From an uncultured Bdellovibrionales bacterium (lineage in GTDB: Bacteria > Patescibacteriota > Minisyncoccia > Moranbacterales > UBA1568), in the NCBI GenBank assembly GCA_964459475.1, contig CAYWLN010000003.1, positions 1-36,510 of the forward strand: a DNA stretch of 36,510 nucleotides, given 5' to 3'. Position numbers and translations under genes: made by a program. Of the stretch, positions 6,595 to 14,574 are shown piece by piece. The notes under the pieces were generated by a model, which was given only the letters and a program-made list of their open reading frames with translations, did no database searches and was not told the DNA's origin. Position 1 is the stretch's first letter; every line of letters starts with the position of its first letter.

Positions 6595-8370
6595 ATGCGA
6601 GTCTGGAGAAAATCCGCTATACTGAAGGCGAAATACTTCCTGACTGCTATGATTCGTATACTGGAACGTCTGCAACTGTCGAATATCTTTCTTCTTGGTT
6701 TCTTTTTGGTTCTCCCACTTTCACTCCGGCACACTTTTGTCGCCTGGAGTCCACTGGGGACGAGTGGCTTCAATGAGTATACTGACGTCTCAGTTTTTCT
6801 ATCGGACCTCGTGCTCCTGTGCTTTATTTTGCTAAAAATATTAGAAAACAAAAGAACATATTTGTCAATAAGTTGGTGGAGGGAAATGTTCCACGTGGAA
6901 CAATGGAAGCTAGCCGTTCTTTCGCCACTCCCCTTTTTGCTGTGGAGCCTCATTTCAACTTTGTGGTCAGAAAACCAATCGTTGGCTATTTATGCCTCAA
7001 TAAAGCTCATTGAAGGTTATTTGCTGTATCTGTTTTTATTGCTAACAATTGTTCCACGTGGAACAATTGAAGCGAGTGATAATAAAAGTTCCACGTGGAA
7101 CATGGCGGATTCGTTAAGTGTTGATCACAAATTGTTCCACGTGGAACAATCACAATCCAATATTTCTAAAGTTGTAAAAAATGTTCCACGTGGAACAATT
7201 GCTTTCTTGAGTCAGATTGTTTCAAAATGTTCCACGTGGAACATTCGTGGATACGTCATTCAAACACTCATTCTATCGGCATCTGCCCAGTCACTCGTTG
7301 CTTTGTATCAGTTTATGGCTCAAAAAAGCCTTGGACTAGCTTTCCTAGGTGAATCACAACTAGGGGCCCAGTGGCCAGGAATAGCCAAGATTCTTATGGA
7401 CGGAGAAGCAATCGTACGACCCTATGGCTTATTTCCGCACCCTAACGTTTTGGCTGGATTTTTAGGATTCGCGATTATTTTGGTAATATTGGAACCGATT
7501 CTTGGATCAGGAAAATTGTTCCACGTGGAACAATCACGGCTACTCTACCGTATCGTTCTTGGTACTCTCAGTTTTGTCTTTCTTGTCACTTTCTCAAAAG
7601 GAGCTATTCTAAGCCTCATTCTTGTTCTGTTTTATATATTTTGGCAAATGTTCCACGTGGAACAAATTATTCACGGTTCAGTAGTTAATACGATAACAAA
7701 TGTTCCACGTGGAACAATAGCGTATTTCAAACGCGTGTACTCGAATTGTTCCACGTGGAACATACATCAATACTGGTTGAAATTGTTCCACGTGGAACAT
7801 TTCTTTGTGGGAACTGTTTTTGTACTGGTTGGCGTTGTACTAGCGCTTGTGGTGCGTTCGCTTGATTGGTATTATTTCCTGTACCAACCTCTGACGGAGC
7901 GATGGCTCTACGTGCAAGGCTTTTTCAGAATGATTATTGATTCATTTTGGCTAGGTATCGGTCTTGGACAGTCTGTTTTCCTCATGCAACACTTTATTGA
8001 AAGAATCCTGTTTGACTGGGAGTTTCAGCCAATACATAACCTTTTTCTGTTAATATGGGCAGAGGTTGGACTAGTTGGCCTGGTCTTATTCGGCTATATT
8101 TGTTCCACGTGGAACAAAACTACTCAAATTCCAAAAATGTTCCACGTGGAACAATGCGTCCAGAAATTTGGTCGCAATCAAAACAATGTTCCACGTGGAA
8201 CAATTTATACTGTCGTCATTGAATCGATCTTTTCTCGAGGAATCTTACTCTATATCTTAATAACGAGCTTATTCGATCATTACTATTGGGATATTCAGCA
8301 GGGGCAACTCCTGTTCTGGACTGTCTGTGCTGTGGCAATTTCACTTAGACTCAGAGTATTGACAAAATAG
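6595..8370 (+). CDS. O-antigen ligase / Wzy_C-family polytopic membrane protein carrying 14 in-frame palindrome insertions
   Basis: Uninterrupted 591-aa ORF in AT-rich DNA, with a GGGAG-rich RBS upstream. Many hydrophobic helices. The family-typical segment is PIHNLFLLIWAEVGLVGLVLF (HN..L....E.G..G), together with LFPHPNVLAGFLGF. The hydrophilic stretches between helices contain the repeat-encoded peptides FHVEQ, VPRGT and STWN. An alternative start at 6649 is possible. Confidence 0.75.
   Translation: MRVWRKSAILKAKYFLTAMIRILERLQLSNIFLLGFFLVLPLSLRHTFVAWSPLGTSGFNEYTDVSVFLSDLVLLCFILLKILENKRTYLSISWWREMFHVEQWKLAVLSPLPFLLWSLISTLWSENQSLAIYASIKLIEGYLLYLFLLLTIVPRGTIEASDNKSSTWNMADSLSVDHKLFHVEQSQSNISKVVKNVPRGTIAFLSQIVSKCSTWNIRGYVIQTLILSASAQSLVALYQFMAQKSLGLAFLGESQLGAQWPGIAKILMDGEAIVRPYGLFPHPNVLAGFLGFAIILVILEPILGSGKLFHVEQSRLLYRIVLGTLSFVFLVTFSKGAILSLILVLFYIFWQMFHVEQIIHGSVVNTITNVPRGTIAYFKRVYSNCSTWNIHQYWLKLFHVEHFFVGTVFVLVGVVLALVVRSLDWYYFLYQPLTERWLYVQGFFRMIIDSFWLGIGLGQSVFLMQHFIERILFDWEFQPIHNLFLLIWAEVGLVGLVLFGYICSTWNKTTQIPKMFHVEQCVQKFGRNQNNVPRGTIYTVVIESIFSRGILLYILITSLFDHYYWDIQQGQLLFWTVCAVAISLRLRVLTK
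6887..6902. repeat. parS-like 16-bp perfect palindrome TGTTCCACGTGGAACA (copy 1)
   Basis: Exact palindrome read directly from the sequence. It is translated as MFHVEQ. Confidence 0.9.
7050..7243. repeat. cluster of 5 parS-like palindromes (copies 2-6)
   Basis: Core starts are 7050, 7087 (14-nt core GTTCCACGTGGAAC at 7088-7101), 7133, 7182 and 7228. The spacings are 37, 46, 49 and 46 bp, with unique AT-rich spacers. Confidence 0.9.
7517..7532. repeat. parS-like palindrome (copy 7)
   Basis: Exact TGTTCCACGTGGAACA, translated as LFHVEQ. Confidence 0.9.
7649..7799. repeat. cluster of 4 parS-like palindromes (copies 8-11)
   Basis: Core starts are 7649, 7701, 7747 and 7784. The spacings are 52, 46 and 37 bp. 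Confidence 0.9.
8101..8202. repeat. cluster of 3 parS-like palindromes (copies 12-14)
   Basis: Core starts are 8101, 8138 and 8187. The spacings are 37 and 49 bp. Confidence 0.9.
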
Positions 8371-8387
8371 TATTTTCGTGTTATAGA
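8359..8387 (+). promoter_or_regulatory. candidate promoter TTGACA-N17-TATAGA
   Basis: -35 at 8359-8364 (inside the last codons of the ligase-like ORF) and -10 at 8382-8387. It would produce a leader of about 260 nt before the ATG at 8658. Confidence 0.35.
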
Positions 8388-8583
8388 ATTTTATCGTACG
8401 ATTGAAGAGATACACCTCGAAATTGCGTCGAGAAATGCAACTTGACCCATGAGCGCACGAGGATATCAGTGAAGATATTTGGTGAAGCAAATTCAATACT
8501 GCGGTCATGAAATATATATGTCGTCATGAGTGGTGAGTACGATTTGTTTGATGAGGCACACACTTTTGCTGTTCGTAAAAAAA

Positions 8584-8601
8584 TGATATACTTTGAGTGA
8601 C
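8584..8601 (+). promoter_or_regulatory. extended -10 element TGaTATACT plus conserved downstream TTGAGTGAC
   Basis: TGATATACTTTGAGTGAC matches 27177-27194 at 17 of 18 positions. It lies 57 nt upstream of the ATG at 8658. Confidence 0.4.
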
Positions 8602-8657
8602 GTGAGAGTAATGAAGCCTCACATCGAGGACACAGGCGCTTAGAATAAAAACACAAT

Positions 8658-9668
8658 ATGTCGTTGGTACGTAAAGGCATTTCACAAGTAGAAATGAGAA
8701 CGTCGTTGTTTCTCTTTTTTGGTCTCCTCATTTTGAGTGTGACTTTTTTTGTATCGGCCGATGATACGATGACAGACAAAAATATTTTTCAGGATTCTGA
8801 TCAGGATGGTTTGAGCAATGACGAAGAAGCGCTCTATAAAACGGATCCACTTGATAAGGATAGTGATGACGATGGTTATACTGATGGTGTTGAGGTAGAG
8901 AGCGGGTATGATCCACTGAAGCCCGCTCCGGGTGACAGAGTTGTGTCAAATACTACAGTTCAAGCTAGCTCAACTCTGGGTGCTTCAGATTCACTGGGTG
9001 AAGTTGATGACGCAAATTTAACGACAGCAGTTTCGGAAGAGATCGCAGGGCTCATACAGCAGGGTAATTCTGCCGAGGGCGAAACAATTACGTTGGATGC
9101 AATTACGGAATCTGTCCAGGGTGTTATGGATAAATCTGATCAGGAAATTGTTCTGCCAGAAGTAGATATAGATTCTATTAATATCAAATCAGTCTCAAAG
9201 AAATTGAAAGGCGAGCGTCGTACAGAGGCTGAGAAGGAAGATATAGTTGAATACTTAACAGTGCTTGCTTATATCTTGGCCAACAATTCTCCGCAAAGTT
9301 TTAAGTCCGAGAAGGACCTTGGCTCTGTACTTACTTCAGCTGCGAGTGGAGCCCTTGGAGCAGTGACGACTGGCAATATGAAGTACCTGGAAGAGTTATC
9401 ATCGAAAAGTAATAAAATTCTATCGGAAATTGATACTATTGAAGTTCCTGAAGCCATGTTAGATGTTCATGTAAAGGCTATTAAAATGGTGAAGTATTCC
9501 TCTCAACTGAAGGATGAGGTAAAGCTTGATAATATTGATGATCCGATTGGTCAGATTTCTTCACTTGGAAAGGTACAGGGTTTCTTGTCAGCCTCTGTAG
9601 ATTTTTCATCTGAAATTTATGCGAAATTACAGACGTATAAAATTGATACTATTCCTTTGAGTCTCTGA
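8658..9668 (+). CDS. secreted or membrane-anchored protein with thrombospondin-type-3-like Asp-rich calcium-binding repeats
   Basis: Hydrophobic N-terminus (LFLFFGLLILSVTFFVSA), with an alternative ATG at 8694. Repeats DSDQDGLSNDEE and DKDSDDDGYTDGVE are present. The remainder is not recognised. Confidence 0.65.
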   Translation: MSLVRKGISQVEMRTSLFLFFGLLILSVTFFVSADDTMTDKNIFQDSDQDGLSNDEEALYKTDPLDKDSDDDGYTDGVEVESGYDPLKPAPGDRVVSNTTVQASSTLGASDSLGEVDDANLTTAVSEEIAGLIQQGNSAEGETITLDAITESVQGVMDKSDQEIVLPEVDIDSINIKSVSKKLKGERRTEAEKEDIVEYLTVLAYILANNSPQSFKSEKDLGSVLTSAASGALGAVTTGNMKYLEELSSKSNKILSEIDTIEVPEAMLDVHVKAIKMVKYSSQLKDEVKLDNIDDPIGQISSLGKVQGFLSASVDFSSEIYAKLQTYKIDTIPLSL

Positions 9669-9673
9669 AGTGT

Positions 9674-10735
9674 ATGTTTAGTCTACGCCACTACATAGCA
9701 AAGAAATTTTTTACGGTACTATTTGTTACTGTGTCAATTATTGGCCCGTCTCTTTTCCCGTTACGGGCTCATGCACAGGTTTGGGGTACGGATGATATTT
9801 TTGGTGATTTGGTAAAGCAAATGCTCGAGGTGGTTAAATCCCAAATTGATGGAGCAATTCTTGCTACTATAAAAGTAGCTGCAATTTCTGCCATGAATAG
9901 CAAAGTAGCTCAGATGATAGGGGGTACTTCACTTGGTGACCAACTCTTTATCTCAGATTGGAATGATTACTTGTATCAAAAGCCAGCCGAGCAAACGAAG
10001 CTTATCATGAACGATTTCTTTACACTGACTACTCGTGGCAAGTACGCTTCGGCCAACTATGTGGGAGTAGGGGATGTTACCGGGAGTGTTTCTGGGAACT
10101 ATCCAGCGTACCTGGTAGCACAAGCACAGCAGTCGATTGGCGATGAGAGCGCCGGACAAGCCGGCTTGGAATATAACCTGGATAGTTATTGCGCCAGTCC
10201 AGATGTCTTGTTTCAGGAGGGTGACTTCAGATGTTTTAATGCTATGATTTCGAATCCAGCTAATAATCCATTTGGGTATACCCTTTCCGCAACAGCATAC
10301 TACGCAAGAACGATGAATCAGAAGATTGAGCAGGCCAGGACGGAGGCCCAGTCATCAGGATATATCGGTAAAAAGCAAAATGGAATGACTATCGCGCCAG
10401 CGGCTACCATTGAAAATATGATGTCTGATGTTCAGAACATTGGAAACAATGTGATTGCTGCTGCGGAGAATCCGGGAATACTTTCAGGTATTGTCCAAGC
10501 AGCCATGAATCGGATTATTTCTAACATGATTCAAAAGGGCATTGGTAATGTTCAGGCAAAAATTCAACGTGAAATTAAGCGCGTTGATAATCAAGTGGTT
10601 GGCGCTTTGGATAAGGCTAATAAGCAGCTTGGTCCCGCAGCCAAATTTACCAAGGAGTGGAGTCAAAAATCTAATGTGGTAAAACCGTACACGGCACCAC
10701 CACCAGCGGCTTGTAGTGTTGAGCAAGGTTGTTAA
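9674..10735 (+). CDS. secreted hypothetical protein
   Basis: Signal peptide ending in LRAHAQ. The start is 5 nt after the preceding stop, consistent with an operon. The C-terminus is Pro- and Cys-rich (PPPAACSVEQGC). No family was recognised. Confidence 0.6.
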   Translation: MFSLRHYIAKKFFTVLFVTVSIIGPSLFPLRAHAQVWGTDDIFGDLVKQMLEVVKSQIDGAILATIKVAAISAMNSKVAQMIGGTSLGDQLFISDWNDYLYQKPAEQTKLIMNDFFTLTTRGKYASANYVGVGDVTGSVSGNYPAYLVAQAQQSIGDESAGQAGLEYNLDSYCASPDVLFQEGDFRCFNAMISNPANNPFGYTLSATAYYARTMNQKIEQARTEAQSSGYIGKKQNGMTIAPAATIENMMSDVQNIGNNVIAAAENPGILSGIVQAAMNRIISNMIQKGIGNVQAKIQREIKRVDNQVVGALDKANKQLGPAAKFTKEWSQKSNVVKPYTAPPPAACSVEQGC

Positions 10736-10742
10736 AATAAAA

Positions 10743-10770
10743 GACTCGGAACAATCCGAGTCTTTTTCTT
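10743..10770. terminator. bidirectional rho-independent terminator
   Basis: GACTCGGA-acaa-TCCGAGTC with TTTTTCTTT on the plus side and TTTTATTTT on the minus side. It lies between the plus-strand CDS and the minus-strand tRNA-Val. Confidence 0.75.
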
Positions 10771-10774
10771 TGGG

Positions 10775-10848
10775 TGGGTGTATCTGGATTCGAACCAGAG
10801 ACCTCTACAATGTCAATGTAGCGCTCTAACCAACTGAGCTATACACCC
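10775..10848 (-). tRNA. tRNA-Val (GAC)
   Basis: Minus strand: GGGTGTA TA GCTC AGTTGGTTA GAGC G CTACA TTGACAT TGTAG AGGTC TCTGG TTCGAAT CCAGA TACACCC A. Confidence 0.9.
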
Positions 10849-11705
10849 GAAATTTCTGTAATCTCTTTTTTTAAGATGGCAGGAAGTGTTGTTTCAAGTG
10901 GATCCTGAGGTGTCGCCAACTTTTGAAAAAATAGGAACCAAACTGTTTGGCGTACTATTTCATAGAAAGCCAGTGCAACAAAGCTTCCGACCAGCATGGA
11001 GGTATCTGCCATACTTAGGAAGAGAGCATGAGAAAGAGCAACAATACCTAGCATAACCAGATTCAGTGAAAAAGTAAAGAGGAGAGCTCCCCACAGAAAG
11101 AAGAGAAAGAATTGTACTGAGAGGGATGTGTTTCTTTGAAAAAGTGCTACGCTCGCCTCGAGGGCCGATTTGAAGCGGATACCTGGAGTAAGGAGGAAGT
11201 AAAAAAAGACAAATTCCCGAAGAATAAATATCACAAGAGAAATAGGGAGTATGACAACAAGGGTGAGCCAGTGGAGAACCGGAGGAATTGCACCGAGAGT
11301 CATGAACGCCATGAGAAGAGGGAGAGCCAGTACGAAGCCAACGAGGAAGATAAAGAGGAGCAAACTCAATTCAATCAAGAGGCCTCGAACGATAGCTTGG
11401 CGCAGTGTGCGGCGTGAAATTGAGGGAGTGTCTTTTCTCGAAGAGACTCGGTGGAGGAGGAGAATCAAACATGACTTACCAATGAGCGAGCATACAAAGG
11501 TGATGATGAGAAAGAGAGAGGTCTCTCGGAAGTGGTTGGTTATATATGAGAGGAGCTCGCTTGATTGGGAAGGGGCATCAGCGAGGTAGTACGTCTGAGC
11601 GAGGATGGGGAGGGCGAGAATAGCTCCTCCTATCCAAAGCTGGCGCCGTCTCAGGGAGAGGCGCCAGCTATCGGAAAGGATGTCGACAAAAGAAAAGGAT
11701 GTCAT
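10839..11705 (-). CDS. polytopic membrane protein, hypothetical
   Basis: 288 aa with about 7 hydrophobic helices. The last three codons and the stop overlap the 5' acceptor strand of tRNA-Val by 10 nt. Confidence 0.6.
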   Translation of the reverse strand: MTSFSFVDILSDSWRLSLRRRQLWIGGAILALPILAQTYYLADAPSQSSELLSYITNHFRETSLFLIITFVCSLIGKSCLILLLHRVSSRKDTPSISRRTLRQAIVRGLLIELSLLLFIFLVGFVLALPLLMAFMTLGAIPPVLHWLTLVVILPISLVIFILREFVFFYFLLTPGIRFKSALEASVALFQRNTSLSVQFFLFFLWGALLFTFSLNLVMLGIVALSHALFLSMADTSMLVGSFVALAFYEIVRQTVWFLFFQKLATPQDPLETTLPAILKKEITEISGV

Positions 11706-11717
11706 AAGAGGACCAAT

Positions 11718-13568
11718 TTACTTGGTCGGGGAGGCGGGAATGGGTGCCAGGGTCTTGCCAGCCACGAGGAGAGCGAATTCGTCTTTCTCAAGCGTCTCTC
11801 GCTCGAGGAGAGCGGTAGCGATAGCGTCGAGAGTTTCCCTCTTTTCGGTGAGGATAGCGGTAGCCCGCTTGAAGGCCTCGTCGATATAGTGAGTCACTTC
11901 GATATCGATATCCTGAGCGGTCTTTTCGGAGTAGTTGCGTTCTTCGTGCATCTCGCGACCGAGGAACACGAGCTCTTCTTTCTTACCAAAGGTGCGAGCC
12001 CCGAGACGGCTCATACCGTAGCGAGTGACCATACTACGAGCCATGGAGGTAGCGCGTTCGAGATCATTCGAGGGTCCGGTCGTGATATCACCAAAGACGA
12101 GCTTTTCACTGGCATAGCCTCCCAGGAAGACCGCCAGTTCATCGAGGAAGTAGGCGTGCGAGTGAAGACTCTTGTCCTCTTCTGGGACCGAGAGGGTATA
12201 GCCACCAGCATGACCACGAGAGATGATGGAGACCTTGTGGACTGGATCAGCGTGAGGGAGGGAGGCGCCAACCAAAGCGTGACCACCTTCGTGGTAAGCC
12301 ACAATCTTTTTCTCTTCGGCATTGATGACCCGGCTCCGGCGTTCTGGGCCAAGGATAACCTTTTCAACCGACTCCGCGAGTTCGGCCATACCAATCGTCT
12401 TCTTGTTGCGACGGGTGGCGAGGATAGCGGCTTCATTCACCAGGTTGGCGAGGTCAGCCCCAGAAAAGCCTGGAGTACGTTCGGCCAGAGTGCGCATCCG
12501 GACCACTGCTTCGATCGGTTTGTTCTTGACATGGATAGCGAGGATCTGCTCACGCTCATTGATATCAGGGAGATCCATGGTCACCCGACGATCGAAGCGA
12601 CCGGGCCGGAGGAGAGCTGGGTCAAGGACATCGGGGCGGTTGGTGGAAGCAATCACGATGACGGATGTATCGGTCTCAAAACCATCCATCTCGACGAGTA
12701 TTTGGTTGAGCGTCTGCTCACGTTCGTCATGACCACCACCGAGTCCGGCCCCACGGTGACGTCCGACGGCATCTATTTCATCAATGAAGACAATGGCAGG
12801 AGCATTCTTCTTGGCCTGCTTAAAGAGGTCGCGGACACGGCTCGCACCAACGCCGACAAACATCTCAACAAATTCAGAACCACTGATATTGAAGAAGGGG
12901 ACGCCAGCTTCACCAGCGACGGCCTTGGCCATGAGTGTCTTGCCGGTCCCTGGAGGGCCGAGAAGGAGAACACCCTTGGGAATCTTGGCGCCCATGTTGA
13001 GAAACTTCTTGGGGTGCTTCAAGAATTCCACGACTTCTTCGAGTTCGGTCTTGGCCTCAGTGGCACCAGCAACATCGGCAAACATGATGCGCTTCTTCTT
13101 GTCTTTGGGATCAAGCATACGAGCTCGACTCATGCCAAAAGAGAGAGCCTGAGAATTACCCCGCTGAGCCTGGCGCATCATGAACCAGATGAAGGCCGAG
13201 ATGAGAATAAAGGGAAGGAGAAAGGGAAGGAGGGCGGTCAACCAAAAACCAAAGCCAGAATCTTCGGTGATATTGAGCGTTACACTCTTTAACTTCTCTT
13301 TGTCGATGCCGTAGTTGTTGAAGGTCTCCGAGAGAGAACTCTCAGACTCCTTGCTGGCTACCTGTTTCTTACCATCTTTTAATTCTATGGCAAGATCATT
13401 ATTCTTGACCGTAATCTCTTTGACCTGGTCCTGATTGATCTCAGTCACGAGCTCGGAGAGAGAAACGGCTGAGGGCTTGGCCTCCGGGGACTGGTAGAGG
13501 ATCACAATGCCTGAAATAAGGAGAAACAGGAGAATGAGGGTCGAGAGGTTTTTGAACATTTTTTCCAT
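11718..13568 (-). CDS. ftsH: ATP-dependent zinc metalloprotease FtsH
   Basis: N-terminal transmembrane helices, AAA+ Walker A GPPGTGKT, Walker [13 protein letters not shown], and the zinc motif HEGGHAL. Confidence 0.97.
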   Translation of the reverse strand: MEKMFKNLSTLILLFLLISGIVILYQSPEAKPSAVSLSELVTEINQDQVKEITVKNNDLAIELKDGKKQVASKESESSLSETFNNYGIDKEKLKSVTLNITEDSGFGFWLTALLPFLLPFILISAFIWFMMRQAQRGNSQALSFGMSRARMLDPKDKKKRIMFADVAGATEAKTELEEVVEFLKHPKKFLNMGAKIPKGVLLLGPPGTGKTLMAKAVAGEAGVPFFNISGSEFVEMFVGVGASRVRDLFKQAKKNAPAIVFIDEIDAVGRHRGAGLGGGHDEREQTLNQILVEMDGFETDTSVIVIASTNRPDVLDPALLRPGRFDRRVTMDLPDINEREQILAIHVKNKPIEAVVRMRTLAERTPGFSGADLANLVNEAAILATRRNKKTIGMAELAESVEKVILGPERRSRVINAEEKKIVAYHEGGHALVGASLPHADPVHKVSIISRGHAGGYTLSVPEEDKSLHSHAYFLDELAVFLGGYASEKLVFGDITTGPSNDLERATSMARSMVTRYGMSRLGARTFGKKEELVFLGREMHEERNYSEKTAQDIDIEVTHYIDEAFKRATAILTEKRETLDAIATALLERETLEKDEFALLVAGKTLAPIPASPTK

Positions 13569-13590
13569 ACCAAAAATATAAAATTGGGGG

Positions 13591-14574
13591 TTAAGCTCCC
13601 TGTCGGAGCAGTCTCACTCTATCACCTTTTCGCTCTATCTTCAACCCTTTTGTAACAAAGATTTGAGGCTTGTTTTTGGTGCTTTTGAGAAGTTTCAGGA
13701 CCTCATCGATGACTCCCTGGGACGGAAATCGACCACCCGTGTAGGGTCGGAGGAGGTGGCGGAGTCGTACCTGGAGGAGGGTATCAGGGAGGGCGAGGAG
13801 GGCCCGGACCGAAAGGAGTCCAGTCTTCTCACTCGGGGAGAGCGACGGTGACTCACCGAAATGGGCAAAATCAGTCGCCAGCCGAGTGGCGGTCTCTGAG
13901 AGAATCGGAACGATGCGAGGCTGATAGTCCCGCTTGAGGAGGGGGAGGAGTTCATGGCGGATACGATTGCGGAGGAATGCTCGGTCACTGTTACTCTGGT
14001 CTGTCCGATAGGAAAGACCACGCACATCGAGGTAGTGGAGGACATCCTCACGACTTTGCTCAATGAGGGGGCGTACTATCACTCCATGTTTGGGTCGCAT
14101 GGCGGAGAGGCCGAGACTGCCGGAACCACGGAGGAGCCGAAGGAGCAAGGTTTCAGCCTGATCATTCTCATGATGGGCCACGGCGATGAGGGTAGCCTTT
14201 TTGGCCAGGCGTACTTTCTCAAAAAACCGATAGCGGATATCGCGGAGCCTCTCTTCGAGGTTGGCAGACTCCGTGGTCTTCGGATGGAGGACCGAGAGGG
14301 AGAGCCCGTAGAGAGTGGCTCGCTCCCGGACGAGGGCCTCATCGAGGTCTGAGTCTTTACCGCGAAGACGGTAGTTGACGTGAGCGACGTGGAGAGAAAA
14401 GCCAAATTTCAAAGAGAGCAGATACAAGACATCAAGGAGGCAAATGCTATCCGGTCCGCCAGAAACAGCCACAACAAATGAATCATCTTGCTGCCAAAGG
14501 TTGTGCTTGGCAACACTATTTAGGACACGCTTCAAAAAGCCTCGGACAAACGGAGCGAGGGGAGTGTTAGGCAC
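13591..14574 (-). CDS. tilS: tRNA(Ile)-lysidine synthetase
   Basis: PP-loop VAVSGGPDS and the conserved tilS-ftsH adjacency. The track start (TTG at 14754) overlaps gmk by 188 nt. The GTG at 14574 overlaps the end of gmk by 8 nt and gives a typical N-terminus. The ATG at 14637 is an alternative, so the start is uncertain. Confidence 0.8.
   Translation of the reverse strand: MPNTPLAPFVRGFLKRVLNSVAKHNLWQQDDSFVVAVSGGPDSICLLDVLYLLSLKFGFSLHVAHVNYRLRGKDSDLDEALVRERATLYGLSLSVLHPKTTESANLEERLRDIRYRFFEKVRLAKKATLIAVAHHENDQAETLLLRLLRGSGSLGLSAMRPKHGVIVRPLIEQSREDVLHYLDVRGLSYRTDQSNSDRAFLRNRIRHELLPLLKRDYQPRIVPILSETATRLATDFAHFGESPSLSPSEKTGLLSVRALLALPDTLLQVRLRHLLRPYTGGRFPSQGVIDEVLKLLKSTKNKPQIFVTKGLKIERKGDRVRLLRQGA

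Noticed and set aside
6887-8202. CRISPR-array interpretation of the repeat-plus-unique-spacer pattern
   Set aside because: The repeats are only 16-22 bp and perfectly palindromic. Spacing is irregular (37-52 bp within clusters, hundreds of bp between them). The whole region is one intact ORF with membrane-protein character, and the window contains no cas genes or leader.
8381-8779. 132-aa minus-strand ORF in the region upstream of the secreted-protein operon
   Set aside because: It overlaps the start of the plus-strand CDS at 8658, lies in AT-rich promoter-like sequence, and has no recognisable domain.
11565-13292. 575-aa plus-strand ORF
   Set aside because: It lies entirely antisense to ftsH, which has unambiguous motifs. 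The product is low-complexity and Gly/Glu/Asp-rich, as is typical of shadow ORFs. The same applies to 12011-12436, 12322-12732 and 12784-13152.
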